Of a stretch of 64,000 nt of DNA, positions 1-9,196 are shown in pieces. This stretch comes from Acidilobaceae archaeon (GTDB lineage: Archaea; Thermoproteota; Thermoprotei_A; Sulfolobales; Acidilobaceae), in assembly GCA_038824665.1 (NCBI GenBank), contig JAWBBK010000002.1, forward strand, positions 69,483 to 133,482. Direction: 5' to 3'. Numbering within the stretch: the stretch's first letter is position 1; each line of letters starts with the position of its first letter. The notes below the pieces were generated by a model that did not search any database, had not been told where the DNA came from, and saw nothing but the letters and a program-made list of their open reading frames with translations. A program made the position numbers and the translations under genes.

Positions 1-138
1 CGGGTTATAGCTATAGATGTGGTCGAAGTAGCTCCTCCATTTGATGTAGGAGGAGTGACAAGCGTCTTGGCCGCAAAAACTCTTCAAGAAGCTGTATTAG
101 CTGTCAACTCAAGCTTAGTCAGGTCTAGAGAGCTTTGA
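1..138 (+). CDS. Agmatinase/ureohydrolase family, C-terminal fragment (5' truncated by window)
   Basis: Frame 1 reads RVIAIDVVEVAPPFDVGGVTSVLAAKTLQE..., the ureohydrolase C-terminal D-x-VE-x-x-P-x-x-D motif; TGA at 136-138. Confidence 0.8.
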   Translation, partial: RVIAIDVVEVAPPFDVGGVTSVLAAKTLQEAVLAVNSSLVRSREL

Positions 139-355
139 CTTTTTTGAGATGTCCGCTTTGAGGTGTAGCTCTGACTTTAGTAAAAATTCTGTAACCACAT
201 TTAGGACACATAAGGCTAGGCAGTCTAGTTATCTCTCGTATTTCGGCTTCGTAACCGCATTGTACACACTTGTAGTAGACGGGAACGTCTTTTATTCCGT
301 ACGGTAGGCTCTCAGCTTTCTCTAAGAAATCTTCATCTCTTCGAGTTATCTCCAT
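125..355 (-). CDS. rpo12: DNA-directed RNA polymerase subunit Rpo12 (RpoP)
   Basis: YKCxxCG...CPKCGYRIFxKxR zinc ribbon; N-terminal extension, true start may lie downstream. Confidence 0.85.
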   Translation of the reverse strand: MEITRRDEDFLEKAESLPYGIKDVPVYYKCVQCGYEAEIREITRLPSLMCPKCGYRIFTKVRATPQSGHLKKVKAL

Positions 356-448
356 AGAGCGCTCCCTAGCTTCGACGTTCAGTAAGGTTTTTATCCTTAC
401 TCACAAGTGGTAGTATAAGCGAAGAGAATCGAGGGGAGAACTCAAAAG

Positions 449-754
449 ATGTCAGGCTTAGATATATGCGGTAACCTCCCTCCCGAGATATGTGAGCAAC
501 TAGCTTTTGAACAACAGGTCATAAAGATAAGGTTAGAGAAGAGGCGGTTTGGAAAGGAAGTAACAGTAATTGAAGGAATAAATGAGAAAGAGTCAAAGTT
601 GAGAGAGCTAGCCTCTATGCTTAAGTCCAAACTAGCTGTTGGAGGCACAGCTAAAGACGGGAGAATAGAGCTTCAAGGAGACCATAGACAAAAAGTGAAG
701 AAGATATTGGTAGAGCTGGGATTCCCTGAGGAGAACATACTCGTAATATATTAA
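449..754 (+). CDS. Translation initiation factor aIF1 (SUI1 family)
   Basis: [16 protein letters not shown]...[26 protein letters not shown]1 signature. Confidence 0.95.
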   Translation: MSGLDICGNLPPEICEQLAFEQQVIKIRLEKRRFGKEVTVIEGINEKESKLRELASMLKSKLAVGGTAKDGRIELQGDHRQKVKKILVELGFPEENILVIY

Positions 755-772
755 TAGCCATTAGACAATAAA

Positions 773-780
773 TTTAAATA
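773..780 (+). promoter_or_regulatory. TATA box upstream of hairpin RNA / aminotransferase leader
   Basis: TTTAAATA preceded by A-rich BRE-like sequence, about 20-25 nt before the 801-895 hairpin. Confidence 0.5.
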
Positions 781-794
781 AAGCATAAAATGAA

Positions 795-905
795 CGAGAG
801 GCTAGGAGGTACTTGTTTTACTGTCTTGTTCTTCTAGAGGGCTGAGGGTTACTTGCTTCTAAAGCTTAAACAAGTGTAAAGCAGGTCCTCCTAGCGGACA
901 TCGCT
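795..905 (+). ncRNA. Putative structured RNA (long rod-like hairpin), unknown class
   Basis: GCTAGGAGG(801-809)/CCTCCTAGC(887-895), ACTTGTTTTAC/GTAAAGCAGGT with G-U pairs, inner CTTGTT/AACAAG and further pairing. Confidence 0.55.
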
Positions 906-913
906 AAAAATAT

Positions 914-2329
914 TTGTCTTGGTTTTCCGACATAGAACGAGGTAGATTTGTAGTGAACTCACAATCTTCACAGTCTTTAGATAGCTTCATCTTACAACTT
1001 GAGTCTCTTGTTGCCGAGAAGACAAAGCGTAGCATGGAGATGTATAAAAGAGCGCTTAAAGTATTTCCAGGAGGAACTACATATCATATAAGATGGTTTT
1101 CACCTTATCCGCTATTCATCACTAAGGGAAAAGGTTCTAGGGTTTGGGATGTAGACGAGAACGTGTATGACGATTACTGGATGGGACACGGAGCTCTAAT
1201 TTTGGGACACTCTCCAGACTTCGTTAACGAAGCTGTGATCGAAGCTCTCAAAACAGGTTCTCATCTAGGCTTTGAGAACCCCTATTCTTTAGAGTACGCA
1301 GAGTTACTTACTAAAATAGTTCCAGGACTTGAGAAGATCAGGTTTACATGTAGCGGTACTGAAGCCAACATGTACGCTATCAGACTCTCTAGAGCTTACA
1401 CAGGTCGTAGATATGTAGTGAAGATCGAGGGAGGCTGGCATGGAGGTCTAGATACTCTCCACTTGGGAGTAACCCCTCCTTTCGAAGGTCCGGAGTCTCT
1501 AGGGCTACCCGAGGACTTCGTTAAGTATACTCTCTCAGTTCCATTCAATGACCTACATGCAATTGAAGACAGACTCAAGAAGTTCGATGTAGCTGCAGTA
1601 ATAATAGAACCGGTTCCAGGAGCTGGAGGAATTCTAGAGCCAGAGAAAGACTACCTTAAGGGGGTTAGAGAACTCACTGAGAAATACGGATCTCTTTTGA
1701 TATTTGATGAAGTGATAACTGGCTTCAGGCTATCTTTAGGAGGAGCTCAAGAGTACTTTGGAGTTAAAGCCGATATAGTGACTCTCGGCAAGATAATAGG
1801 AGGAGGGATGCCTGGAGCAGGAGCTTTTGGCGGTAGAGAAGACGTGATGGAAAAACTGGATCACTTAAAAGAACCCAATCCCAGAAAGAGGAGCTTTCAT
1901 GGAGGTACGTTTACAGGAAACCCGATCACTTGCATAGCAGGACTAGCTACGATTCAATATTTAGCGTCAAACAGACGTCTTTATGAGAGCTTCAACAGCC
2001 TCTGGGAAGCTGTAGCTAAAAGAATAGATTCTATATGTGAAGAGAAAGACAGAATCTGCTGGGTTACCAACGTAGCCAACATGATTGGAATACACTTCAC
2101 TTCAAAGAAGCCGAAAAACGTGAGGGAAGCATATATGACAAGGCTGAACTCTAAGCTCTACACAGCGCTACATCTCTTGATGAGATACAAAGGGATATTA
2201 TACATGACAGAGAAAATGCCCCATCTCCTTCCGTCAATAGTTCACACTCAACAGCAGGCAGAAAGGCTAGTTCAAGCGTTTGGAGAAGCCTTAGAGGTTC
2301 TAGCAAAGCTTTACAGGTCTCAGCGCTAA
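914..2329 (+). CDS. Class III PLP aminotransferase, glutamate-1-semialdehyde aminomutase (HemL)-like
   Basis: SGTEA, LLIFDEVITGFR, LGKIIGGGMP, GTFTGNP; N-terminal GGTTYHIR differs from HemL GGVNSPVR, so possibly a paralog; start may be GTG ~953. Confidence 0.8.
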   Translation: MSWFSDIERGRFVVNSQSSQSLDSFILQLESLVAEKTKRSMEMYKRALKVFPGGTTYHIRWFSPYPLFITKGKGSRVWDVDENVYDDYWMGHGALILGHSPDFVNEAVIEALKTGSHLGFENPYSLEYAELLTKIVPGLEKIRFTCSGTEANMYAIRLSRAYTGRRYVVKIEGGWHGGLDTLHLGVTPPFEGPESLGLPEDFVKYTLSVPFNDLHAIEDRLKKFDVAAVIIEPVPGAGGILEPEKDYLKGVRELTEKYGSLLIFDEVITGFRLSLGGAQEYFGVKADIVTLGKIIGGGMPGAGAFGGREDVMEKLDHLKEPNPRKRSFHGGTFTGNPITCIAGLATIQYLASNRRLYESFNSLWEAVAKRIDSICEEKDRICWVTNVANMIGIHFTSKKPKNVREAYMTRLNSKLYTALHLLMRYKGILYMTEKMPHLLPSIVHTQQQAERLVQAFGEALEVLAKLYRSQR

Positions 2330-2366
2330 ACGCTTAAAGACTCTTCTACCGTTTGCGAAGAGCTGG

Positions 2367-2445
2367 GCGGCGGTCGTCTAGCCTGGACTAGGACGCCGGC
2401 CTGCCAAGCCGGAGGTCCCGGGTTCAAATCCCGGCCGCCGCACCA
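2367..2445 (+). tRNA. tRNA-Gly (GCC)
   Basis: GCGGCGG acceptor stem, anticodon arm CCGGC-CT-GCC-AA-GCCGG, GGTTCAAATCC T-arm, encoded CCA, no intron. Confidence 0.97.
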
Positions 2446-2593
2446 CTAGACTACTTTAGCTTTACAGCTTGTCACAGTACTCAGAATCTCTCACATCAGT
2501 AAAGACTATAGCTAAGCTCATTAGAAATATAGTTTCTCAAAAGAGAAATTTAAAGAGCTTAGTTGAGATAAAAACAGTAAGCAAGGTGCAAGC

Positions 2594-3529
2594 TTGCACA
2601 TAGACTATGTAGAGGAGATCAAAAAGCTTAAGAGAGAGATGAACGCAATTGTGTTAGCGCATAACTATCAAGATCCTTTAATTCAAGACATAGCTGACTA
2701 TGTGGGAGACAGCCTAGAGCTGTCTATTAAAGCTAGCACCGCTAATGTCAAATACGTGGTCTTCTGTGGCGTTGACTTCATGGCTGAACAAGCTGCAGCT
2801 CTCAACGAGAAGTCCGTAGTGTTACATCCCGAGCCTCAAGCTAAGTGTCCAATGGCAGCTATGATAACTCTTCAAGATGTTTTGGAGGCGAAGAAGAAGT
2901 ATCCCAAAGCTCCTGTAGTTATGTACGTTAATGTGCCTGCTTTGGTCAAAGCCTATTCAGATTACGTCGTTACAAGCGCTAACGCTGTAAAGCTAGTGGC
3001 CTCACTTAAAGAAGATACAGTGATATTTGGTCCTGACAAACACTTGGCTAACTATATTTCGAGGATGACGGGGAAAGAAGTGATACCTATTCCGAGAGAC
3101 GGCTTCTGTCCAGTTCACGTAGTGTTCAATAAAGCGGAGATCAACGAACTCAGAAAGCTGTACCGTGGAGCTACGTTCATAGCGCATCCTGAATGTCCAC
3201 ATGAGATTAGAGAGCTAGCGGAAGTTATAGGTAGCACAAGTCAAATGATCAGACAAGTCAGAGGAGTTGCGAGCAAAGTTGTTCTAGTAGGAACAGAAAT
3301 AGGGATAATCTATAGACTTTCGAAAGAAAACCCAGACAAAGTCTTCATACCAGCTTCTACAAACGCTATATGTTGGGACATGAAGAAAATAACGCTTGAA
3401 AAAGTGTATAACAGCTTAAAGAACAAAGTTTACAGAGTTGAGATCGATAAAGAGATAAGAGATAGATTGAAAAAAGCTATAGAGAACACCTTCAACGTTC
3501 TAGGAGAGGAGCCTCCGTGGAGGAGGTGA
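2594..3529 (+). CDS. nadA: Quinolinate synthase A
   Basis: LAHNYQ, GDSLEL, FCGVDFMAE, CPMA, CPVH, AHPEC, CxxMK motifs. Confidence 0.97.
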   Translation: MHIDYVEEIKKLKREMNAIVLAHNYQDPLIQDIADYVGDSLELSIKASTANVKYVVFCGVDFMAEQAAALNEKSVVLHPEPQAKCPMAAMITLQDVLEAKKKYPKAPVVMYVNVPALVKAYSDYVVTSANAVKLVASLKEDTVIFGPDKHLANYISRMTGKEVIPIPRDGFCPVHVVFNKAEINELRKLYRGATFIAHPECPHEIRELAEVIGSTSQMIRQVRGVASKVVLVGTEIGIIYRLSKENPDKVFIPASTNAICWDMKKITLEKVYNSLKNKVYRVEIDKEIRDRLKKAIENTFNVLGEEPPWRR

Positions 3530-4374
3530 TTTATCGCAAATTCGTTGAAATGTTAGCCGAAGACTCTCCTTTCTGGGACATCACCACAGAGGTCTTGATT
3601 CCTGAGAACGTTGTTGCGAAGGCGGTTGTTGTAGCTAAAGAGGAAGGAGTAGTTGCCTGCGTAACCGATATTGCTGAAATTCTTAGAAGACTTGGGCTTC
3701 AGGTCAATGTTCGTCTTCAAGATGGAGATAGAGTTTCGAAAGGCGATGTTGTGCTAGAGCTTACTGGCAATGCTAGAAAAGTGCTCTTCGTTGAGAGAAC
3801 AGCTCTTAACTTGCTCATGCACTGTAGCGGCGTAGCCACTGCAGTTAGAAGGATGGTTGAAAAGGTCCGTCAAGTCAATCCGAAAGTTAGGATAGCCGCT
3901 ACCAGAAAGACTATACCCTTCCTTAGATATTTTGAGAAAAGAGCTGTGTTAGCGGGTGGAGGCGATACTCATAGGTTTTCACTTAGCGATGCAGTTCTGA
4001 TCAAAGAGAATCATCTAAGAATTGTTGGCGACGTGGGGATTGCTGTAAAGACAGCTCGTGAGAAGACCAGCTTTATTCATAAAGTAGAGGTCGAAGTCTC
4101 AAGTATCGAGGATTTAGTGAAGGCAGTTGAAGCAGGTGCCGATATAGTGATGCTTGACAACATGAGCCCTGATGAGGTCAGGAAAGCGGTCTTAGAACTC
4201 AAAAGAAGAGGTCTTCGAGATAAAGTTCTTCTCGAAGTCTCAGGAGGGATCACTTTAGATAATGTAGAAGAGTACGCTAAAATCGATGTAGACATAATAA
4301 GTTGTGGATGGATAACCATGTCTTCTAAGGCTCTAGACATGAGCTTAGAGATAATAGAGGTGTTATCTAAATGA
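3517..4374 (+). CDS. nadC: Nicotinate-nucleotide pyrophosphorylase (QPRTase)
   Basis: ERTALN, TRKT, HRFSLSDAVLIKENH, EVEV, MLDNM, SGGI motifs. Confidence 0.97.
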   Translation: MEEVIYRKFVEMLAEDSPFWDITTEVLIPENVVAKAVVVAKEEGVVACVTDIAEILRRLGLQVNVRLQDGDRVSKGDVVLELTGNARKVLFVERTALNLLMHCSGVATAVRRMVEKVRQVNPKVRIAATRKTIPFLRYFEKRAVLAGGGDTHRFSLSDAVLIKENHLRIVGDVGIAVKTAREKTSFIHKVEVEVSSIEDLVKAVEAGADIVMLDNMSPDEVRKAVLELKRRGLRDKVLLEVSGGITLDNVEEYAKIDVDIISCGWITMSSKALDMSLEIIEVLSK

Positions 4375-5147
4375 AGAAAATAGCGATCATTGGTTGTGGA
4401 GCGATAGGTTCCACCTTAGCCAAATACGTGTTTCGAGGTTTCATAAAAGCCGAGCTCGTTGCTCTAATGGACATAGAGCCTGAGAGATGTGAGAAAGTGA
4501 GGTTTTCACAAAAAACAAAGATCTGTAAAGAGTTGGAGTGTCTTCTAGAAGAGAGACCCGAAATAGTGGTCGAAGCAGCTTCACAAGAGGCTGTCAAGAC
4601 TCTTGTACCAAAGGTTCTAGAAGCAGGTATAGATGTGATAGTTTTGAGTGTTGGCGCAGTTCTAGATCAAAGTATGCTTAACGAAATAGAAAGCATAACG
4701 CGAAGGACAAAAGCTAAGGTCTATATCCCATCGGGCGCAATAGCGGGTTTAGATGCTATTAAGGCACTCTCTTTAGAAAAAATTGAAAGAGTCATTTTAC
4801 GAACTAATAAGAGCTTCAAGTCTTTAGGGCTTTCAGAGAAGGACAAAGACGAACTCCTTTACGAAGGTCCAGCAACAGAAGCGGTTAAGCTTTATCCCGC
4901 TAACGTGAACGTAGCGGCTACGTTATCGCTTGCAGCTGGGAGAGAAGCTTGGGTTGAGATATGGGCTAGGAAAGACTTGAAGATGAACGTACACGAGATA
5001 GAGGTCGAAAGTAACATCTCTAGACTTTATATAAGAGTGGAAAACACACCTCATTCAGAAAATCCCAAGACAAGCTATCTCGCTGTGCTCTCTGTAACAA
5101 GACTTCTAAAACAGATATGTGAAGGAGGGATCATAATAGGCACTTGA
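4371..5147 (+). CDS. nadX: L-aspartate dehydrogenase
   Basis: IIGCGAIG Rossmann motif, VVEAAS, PSGAIAGLD, YPANVNVAA, NPKTS; operonic with nadA/nadC. Confidence 0.93.
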   Translation: MKKIAIIGCGAIGSTLAKYVFRGFIKAELVALMDIEPERCEKVRFSQKTKICKELECLLEERPEIVVEAASQEAVKTLVPKVLEAGIDVIVLSVGAVLDQSMLNEIESITRRTKAKVYIPSGAIAGLDAIKALSLEKIERVILRTNKSFKSLGLSEKDKDELLYEGPATEAVKLYPANVNVAATLSLAAGREAWVEIWARKDLKMNVHEIEVESNISRLYIRVENTPHSENPKTSYLAVLSVTRLLKQICEGGIIIGT

Positions 5148-5306
5148 TTTTCTATGTTTAATAAGCTATGAGATGTGAAGAGACCTCAATTATAACAGCT
5201 TATACAGACACAAATAAAGCATCATCTACCACTTTCTACACAATTCTGGAGCGAATTATTTAAGAGGTTAGACTTTCTTTCTCGTTCTTTAGAGGTTCGG
5301 GAGAAC

Positions 5307-6422
5307 GTGGTCGAAGGAGCTAGTAGTCTCGCTACCTGGATTCAAACCCTTCTTCAACTACTGTGGATGCTCTTCATTGTTATGCTGATTTTAGGTTTCA
5401 ATCAGCGTCTACAAGTCTACCTTTGGGTTAGAGACATAAGGAGCAAGATGGTGATCCTCGACTCTTTAGCTTCAGAAGCCAGAAACAGAACTCTCGATTT
5501 CCTCTTAAAGAATAACGCAAAAAATCCAGAAACCCTGCTTAATAGAGTTCAAGAGTTCTTCGTTATAGAGCCAGTTACGATAGAACCTACGGATATAATT
5601 AAGAGATTAGAACATCTATTCAACATAAGGGTTAGAAGGTTTAAAGAGGATTTCGAAAAGGCTTTATCGGACGTCGACGAAGTAGTGAGAGGAAAGGCAG
5701 AAGTAGCTGCTGAGATAACGGCGGTTCTCAACTTCATCCATAAGTTGGTAAGACACTATCTTCTTTTAGGAGAGAAGACGAACAACTGGGTCTTGATAAT
5801 GCAACTTCAGCTACAGCTCTCTCAGATCTTACAGATAGCCTCAACATATAGGAGAGCTCTAGAAGATTTCCTTGAGGGTCGTCCGGTAGGAGACGCAGCA
5901 GGACCGATGACAGCAGTGAGACTAGCCGGTCCCAACGCTAAATGGATTGAAATAGAGAGAGATACGACATACACAGAAGTAGACTTTGAAGGGAGGAAGT
6001 TATTTATAATAAAAGCTAAAGGACCAGCTCCAGAGGTCGGAAAGCCAGGCTCTGCTGTAGAGAAGATCGTGAAGTCTTTAGCTGAAAAGGGTCGTACTCC
6101 GAGCCTTATAATTACTGTAGATGCTGCTCTTAAATTAGAAGGGGAGGATTCAGGCACAATAGCTGATGGTGTAGGAGCTGCAATAGGAGATCCAGGTCCA
6201 GAGAAGATCAAGTTCGAAAGAGTAGCAGCAGAATACGGGATCCCCCTGAGAGCGGTTATAATCAAGATGTCTCTTGAGGAAGCGGTAATGGCTGTTGACA
6301 AAAAGATCTATGAGGGCGTCGAGAAGGCTGTTGAGAGAGTCAAAGAGATCATCAGATCTGAGAGCAGTCCTGGAGATGTGGTAATCGTAGCCGGGATCGG
6401 AAACACAGGAGGGGTGGTATAG
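5307..6422 (+). CDS. DUF1512 family membrane-anchored protein
   Basis: N-terminal TM helix; PVGDAAGP, IITVDAALKLEGE, GVGAAIGDPGPEK, VAGIGNT motifs typical of this crenarchaeal family. Confidence 0.8.
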   Translation: MVEGASSLATWIQTLLQLLWMLFIVMLILGFNQRLQVYLWVRDIRSKMVILDSLASEARNRTLDFLLKNNAKNPETLLNRVQEFFVIEPVTIEPTDIIKRLEHLFNIRVRRFKEDFEKALSDVDEVVRGKAEVAAEITAVLNFIHKLVRHYLLLGEKTNNWVLIMQLQLQLSQILQIASTYRRALEDFLEGRPVGDAAGPMTAVRLAGPNAKWIEIERDTTYTEVDFEGRKLFIIKAKGPAPEVGKPGSAVEKIVKSLAEKGRTPSLIITVDAALKLEGEDSGTIADGVGAAIGDPGPEKIKFERVAAEYGIPLRAVIIKMSLEEAVMAVDKKIYEGVEKAVERVKEIIRSESSPGDVVIVAGIGNTGGVV

Positions 6423-6721
6423 TGCAGACCCTTATGCAGACAGACAACTTAGCTCAAACAGCAGCGTTCTTACTATTGTTTACACTGGTACTGGTAATAG
6501 TGATGGCGTACCTAATGAGTAAGCAGAAAGCTCTTACTAAGTCCATGTTGATCCAGAGCAGGAGAAGATTTTACAGTGTGATAGATTGTGGCGGTTCTCA
6601 GCAGGTGAGAGAGTTTCAGCCTGGAGACTACGTCGGTAAGGTCTTAGGTCCCTGTGGAGAAGGAGGACAGGCTTGGATCATCGGAATCTATAGTGAAGAA
6701 GTTAAAGAGTCCATGAAATAA
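6422..6721 (+). CDS. Small single-TM hypothetical protein coupled to DUF1512 gene
   Basis: One hydrophobic helix then C-x..REFxPGDYVGK..C domain; overlaps the upstream stop. Confidence 0.7.
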   Translation: MQTLMQTDNLAQTAAFLLLFTLVLVIVMAYLMSKQKALTKSMLIQSRRRFYSVIDCGGSQQVREFQPGDYVGKVLGPCGEGGQAWIIGIYSEEVKESMK

Positions 6722-6789
6722 GGATGTAGAGGCTGAAGAGCGCTCAGCTAGAAGTGTCTTAAAGCTCTCGCCTCTCAAACCCTCTTTAG

Positions 6790-8523
6790 GTGTCAGCTAT
6801 GGGAAAGTACATAGTGACAGCTGCCTGGCCTTATGTGAACTACGTTCCACATCTAGGCACAGTGATTCATCTAATAAGCGCTGACATCTATGCTAGGTAT
6901 CTAAGGCTAAGAGGACACCAAGTGATATATGTAACGGGTAGCGATGAACACGGAACTCCGATAGAACTAGAAGCAAGGAAGAAAGGCGTAAGTCCTCGAG
7001 AGTTGACAGATGCAGTTCATGCTTATGATTTAGAGCTGTTTAAAAAACTTGAGATAGAGTTCAGCAATTACTCAAGAACAGAGAGTGAGACACATAAGAA
7101 GTTTGTAAAAGAGTTCTTCATGAAGCTCTACGAAAGAGGTTTTATATTCGAACAGGTAGAGATTCTACCCTATTGCGAAAACGATAAGATGTTCCTTCCA
7201 GATAGGTTTGTAGAAGGAACATGTCCTTATTGTGGAAACCCAAGAGCAAGAGGAGATCAATGTGATGAATGCGGAAGATTACTTTACCCAACACTTCTCT
7301 TGAATCCTCGCTGTAGCATCTGTGGTTCGAAGCCTGTCTACAAGTCTTCAAAACACTGGTTCATTGATTTAACCAAAGTAAGAGACCAACTACTCTCGTG
7401 GTTAGAGTCCAACAAAGAACTTCAAGATAACGTGCGCGAGTACAGCCTTAGTTGGGTTTCAGCTGGACTGAAGCCAAGAAGCGTTACCAGAGACCTCTCG
7501 TGGGGTATCGAAGCCCCTTTTCCAGGGTCTCAAGACAAAACTATATACGTCTGGTTCGACGCTCTTTTAGGCTATGTGAGTGCTACCATAGAGTATTTTG
7601 AAAAATATAAACAAAACTCTCGTCCAGACGAATGGAAGGAGTGGTGGATGGATAGAGAGACTAAGAGCGTGTACTTTATAGGTAAAGACAACATACCGTT
7701 CCATTCAATAATTCTTCCAGCTCTTTTCATCGCTAGCGGCGAGCCTTACGTAATGCCCTGGAGGATAAGCGCTACGGAGTACTTGCTCTACGAGGGACAA
7801 CATTTCAGCAAAAGCAGAAGAGTAGGAGTTTGGCTTGATGAGGCTTTAGAGATAGCTCCTGGAGAGTACTGGAGGTGGGTTATAGCGCGACTCAGACCAG
7901 AGGCTAGAGACCAGAACTTCACCTGGACGGAGTTTTACAGAATAGTAAATAGCGAGCTAAACGATGACATAGGCAACTACGTTAGCAGAGTGCTTTCACT
8001 TATAGATAAAATTGGAGGTAGCGTAGAGAAGCCTGAAAAGCTTGAAGATATTGATGAAGAGCTTGTTGAAAACTCTCTGAAAACTTCATGGGAGGCTGTT
8101 AACGCTCTAGACGATCTGAAGTTCAAGACAGCTACAGACAAAATCTTAGAGCTAGCCAGAATGGGCAACAGATTTCTCAACGAGAGAGCTCCTTGGACTT
8201 CGATACAGTCTAGAAAAGAAGAAGCCATATCTGCGATATACGCTTCAGCTTATGTTCTCAAAAATCTAGCTATTCTATTGGCTCCCTTTATGCCTAGAAC
8301 TGCTGAAAGGCTTTGGAGTCTGATGGGACTCGAGGGAGACATCTGGAGCAAGATCATTGACGAAGAGCTTCCGAAAAGACCTCCTGTGTTCAGGTCTAGG
8401 GGAGCGGAACGTCTTTTCACAAAGCTTCCTCCAGATTTTTTGAAGTCTATAAACTTAGTAATTGAAGAGGCTAGAGCGAGAGCGGAGAAGAAGAGACCTA
8501 AGGTCATAGCGGAGGTCAGGTGA
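6790..8523 (+). CDS. metG: Methionyl-tRNA synthetase
   Basis: AWPYVN..PHLG (HIGH), GSDEHG, Zn knuckles, YVWFDA, IGKDN, FSKS (KMSKS). Confidence 0.97.
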   Translation: MSAMGKYIVTAAWPYVNYVPHLGTVIHLISADIYARYLRLRGHQVIYVTGSDEHGTPIELEARKKGVSPRELTDAVHAYDLELFKKLEIEFSNYSRTESETHKKFVKEFFMKLYERGFIFEQVEILPYCENDKMFLPDRFVEGTCPYCGNPRARGDQCDECGRLLYPTLLLNPRCSICGSKPVYKSSKHWFIDLTKVRDQLLSWLESNKELQDNVREYSLSWVSAGLKPRSVTRDLSWGIEAPFPGSQDKTIYVWFDALLGYVSATIEYFEKYKQNSRPDEWKEWWMDRETKSVYFIGKDNIPFHSIILPALFIASGEPYVMPWRISATEYLLYEGQHFSKSRRVGVWLDEALEIAPGEYWRWVIARLRPEARDQNFTWTEFYRIVNSELNDDIGNYVSRVLSLIDKIGGSVEKPEKLEDIDEELVENSLKTSWEAVNALDDLKFKTATDKILELARMGNRFLNERAPWTSIQSRKEEAISAIYASAYVLKNLAILLAPFMPRTAERLWSLMGLEGDIWSKIIDEELPKRPPVFRSRGAERLFTKLPPDFLKSINLVIEEARARAEKKRPKVIAEVR

Positions 8524-8529
8524 AGATTT

Positions 8530-8994
8530 ATGAACATAGATATGCCTAGCGTCGGTACTCCCAACGGCATTTACGTCTTTCAAGAGAGCTCTAAAAAGTG
8601 GACTCTTCTCAGATCAGAAGGAGAACCCTTCTCAATCGGTGAACTCGGCGAGGGGGTCTATTTCGTCTACTTCGATAACACGCTATGTCCAGCATGCAGA
8701 GCTCAGGACCAACACTTGCTGAAAGTCCTACTCAAATATGGAAGCAATTCTGAGATCAAGTTTGTGATAATTCTCTGTGACTGGTTTGCTTCTACATGTA
8801 CTTCTCAAGCAGCAGCAGAAACCTTTAGGAAGTATGAAGTAAAAGCCAGCCCTACGATACTGATAGCTAAGGTAAAGTCAAATGGAATGGTTATAGAAAG
8901 ACTCGAAGGGGTTAGAAAAGACAGCGTTCTAGAATACTATTTGAAGAAAGCACTTGGTGAACATGTAGAAGAAGAGCTTAAAAACCAGAGCTGA
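8530..8994 (+). CDS. Thioredoxin-fold protein
   Basis: YFDNTLCPACR CxxC motif and cis-Pro motif ASPT. Confidence 0.8.
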   Translation: MNIDMPSVGTPNGIYVFQESSKKWTLLRSEGEPFSIGELGEGVYFVYFDNTLCPACRAQDQHLLKVLLKYGSNSEIKFVIILCDWFASTCTSQAAAETFRKYEVKASPTILIAKVKSNGMVIERLEGVRKDSVLEYYLKKALGEHVEEELKNQS

Positions 8995-9031
8995 GCTTAT
9001 TAAAGCTCTAGAGCTAAGAAGCGAAAGGAGA

Positions 9032-9108
9032 GGGCCCGTAGCTCAGCCTGGCAGAGCGGCGGGCTTTTAACCCGTAGGTCCCGGGTTCAAATCCCGGCGG
9101 GCCCGCCA
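9032..9108 (+). tRNA. tRNA-Lys (TTT)
   Basis: GGGCCCG acceptor stem, GCGGG-CT-TTT-AA-CCCGT anticodon arm, GGTTCAAATCC, CCA end, no intron. Confidence 0.97.
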
Positions 9109-9196
9109 CAAGGAGGTCAAGAAGACTATCGGGCTCCTTACGAACTCTAAAACATACTTCTTTAGCTTCTCACAGGTAATACTCAGAGGGGTCTTT

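Noticed and set aside
790-936. Hairpin as a bulge-helix-bulge intron within a small ORF
   Set aside because: No clear BHB geometry, and removing the hairpin gives only a very short peptide
2367-9108. tRNA genes as integration sites for a provirus or island
   Set aside because: No duplicated tRNA ends, integrase or foreign genes nearby; flanks are housekeeping
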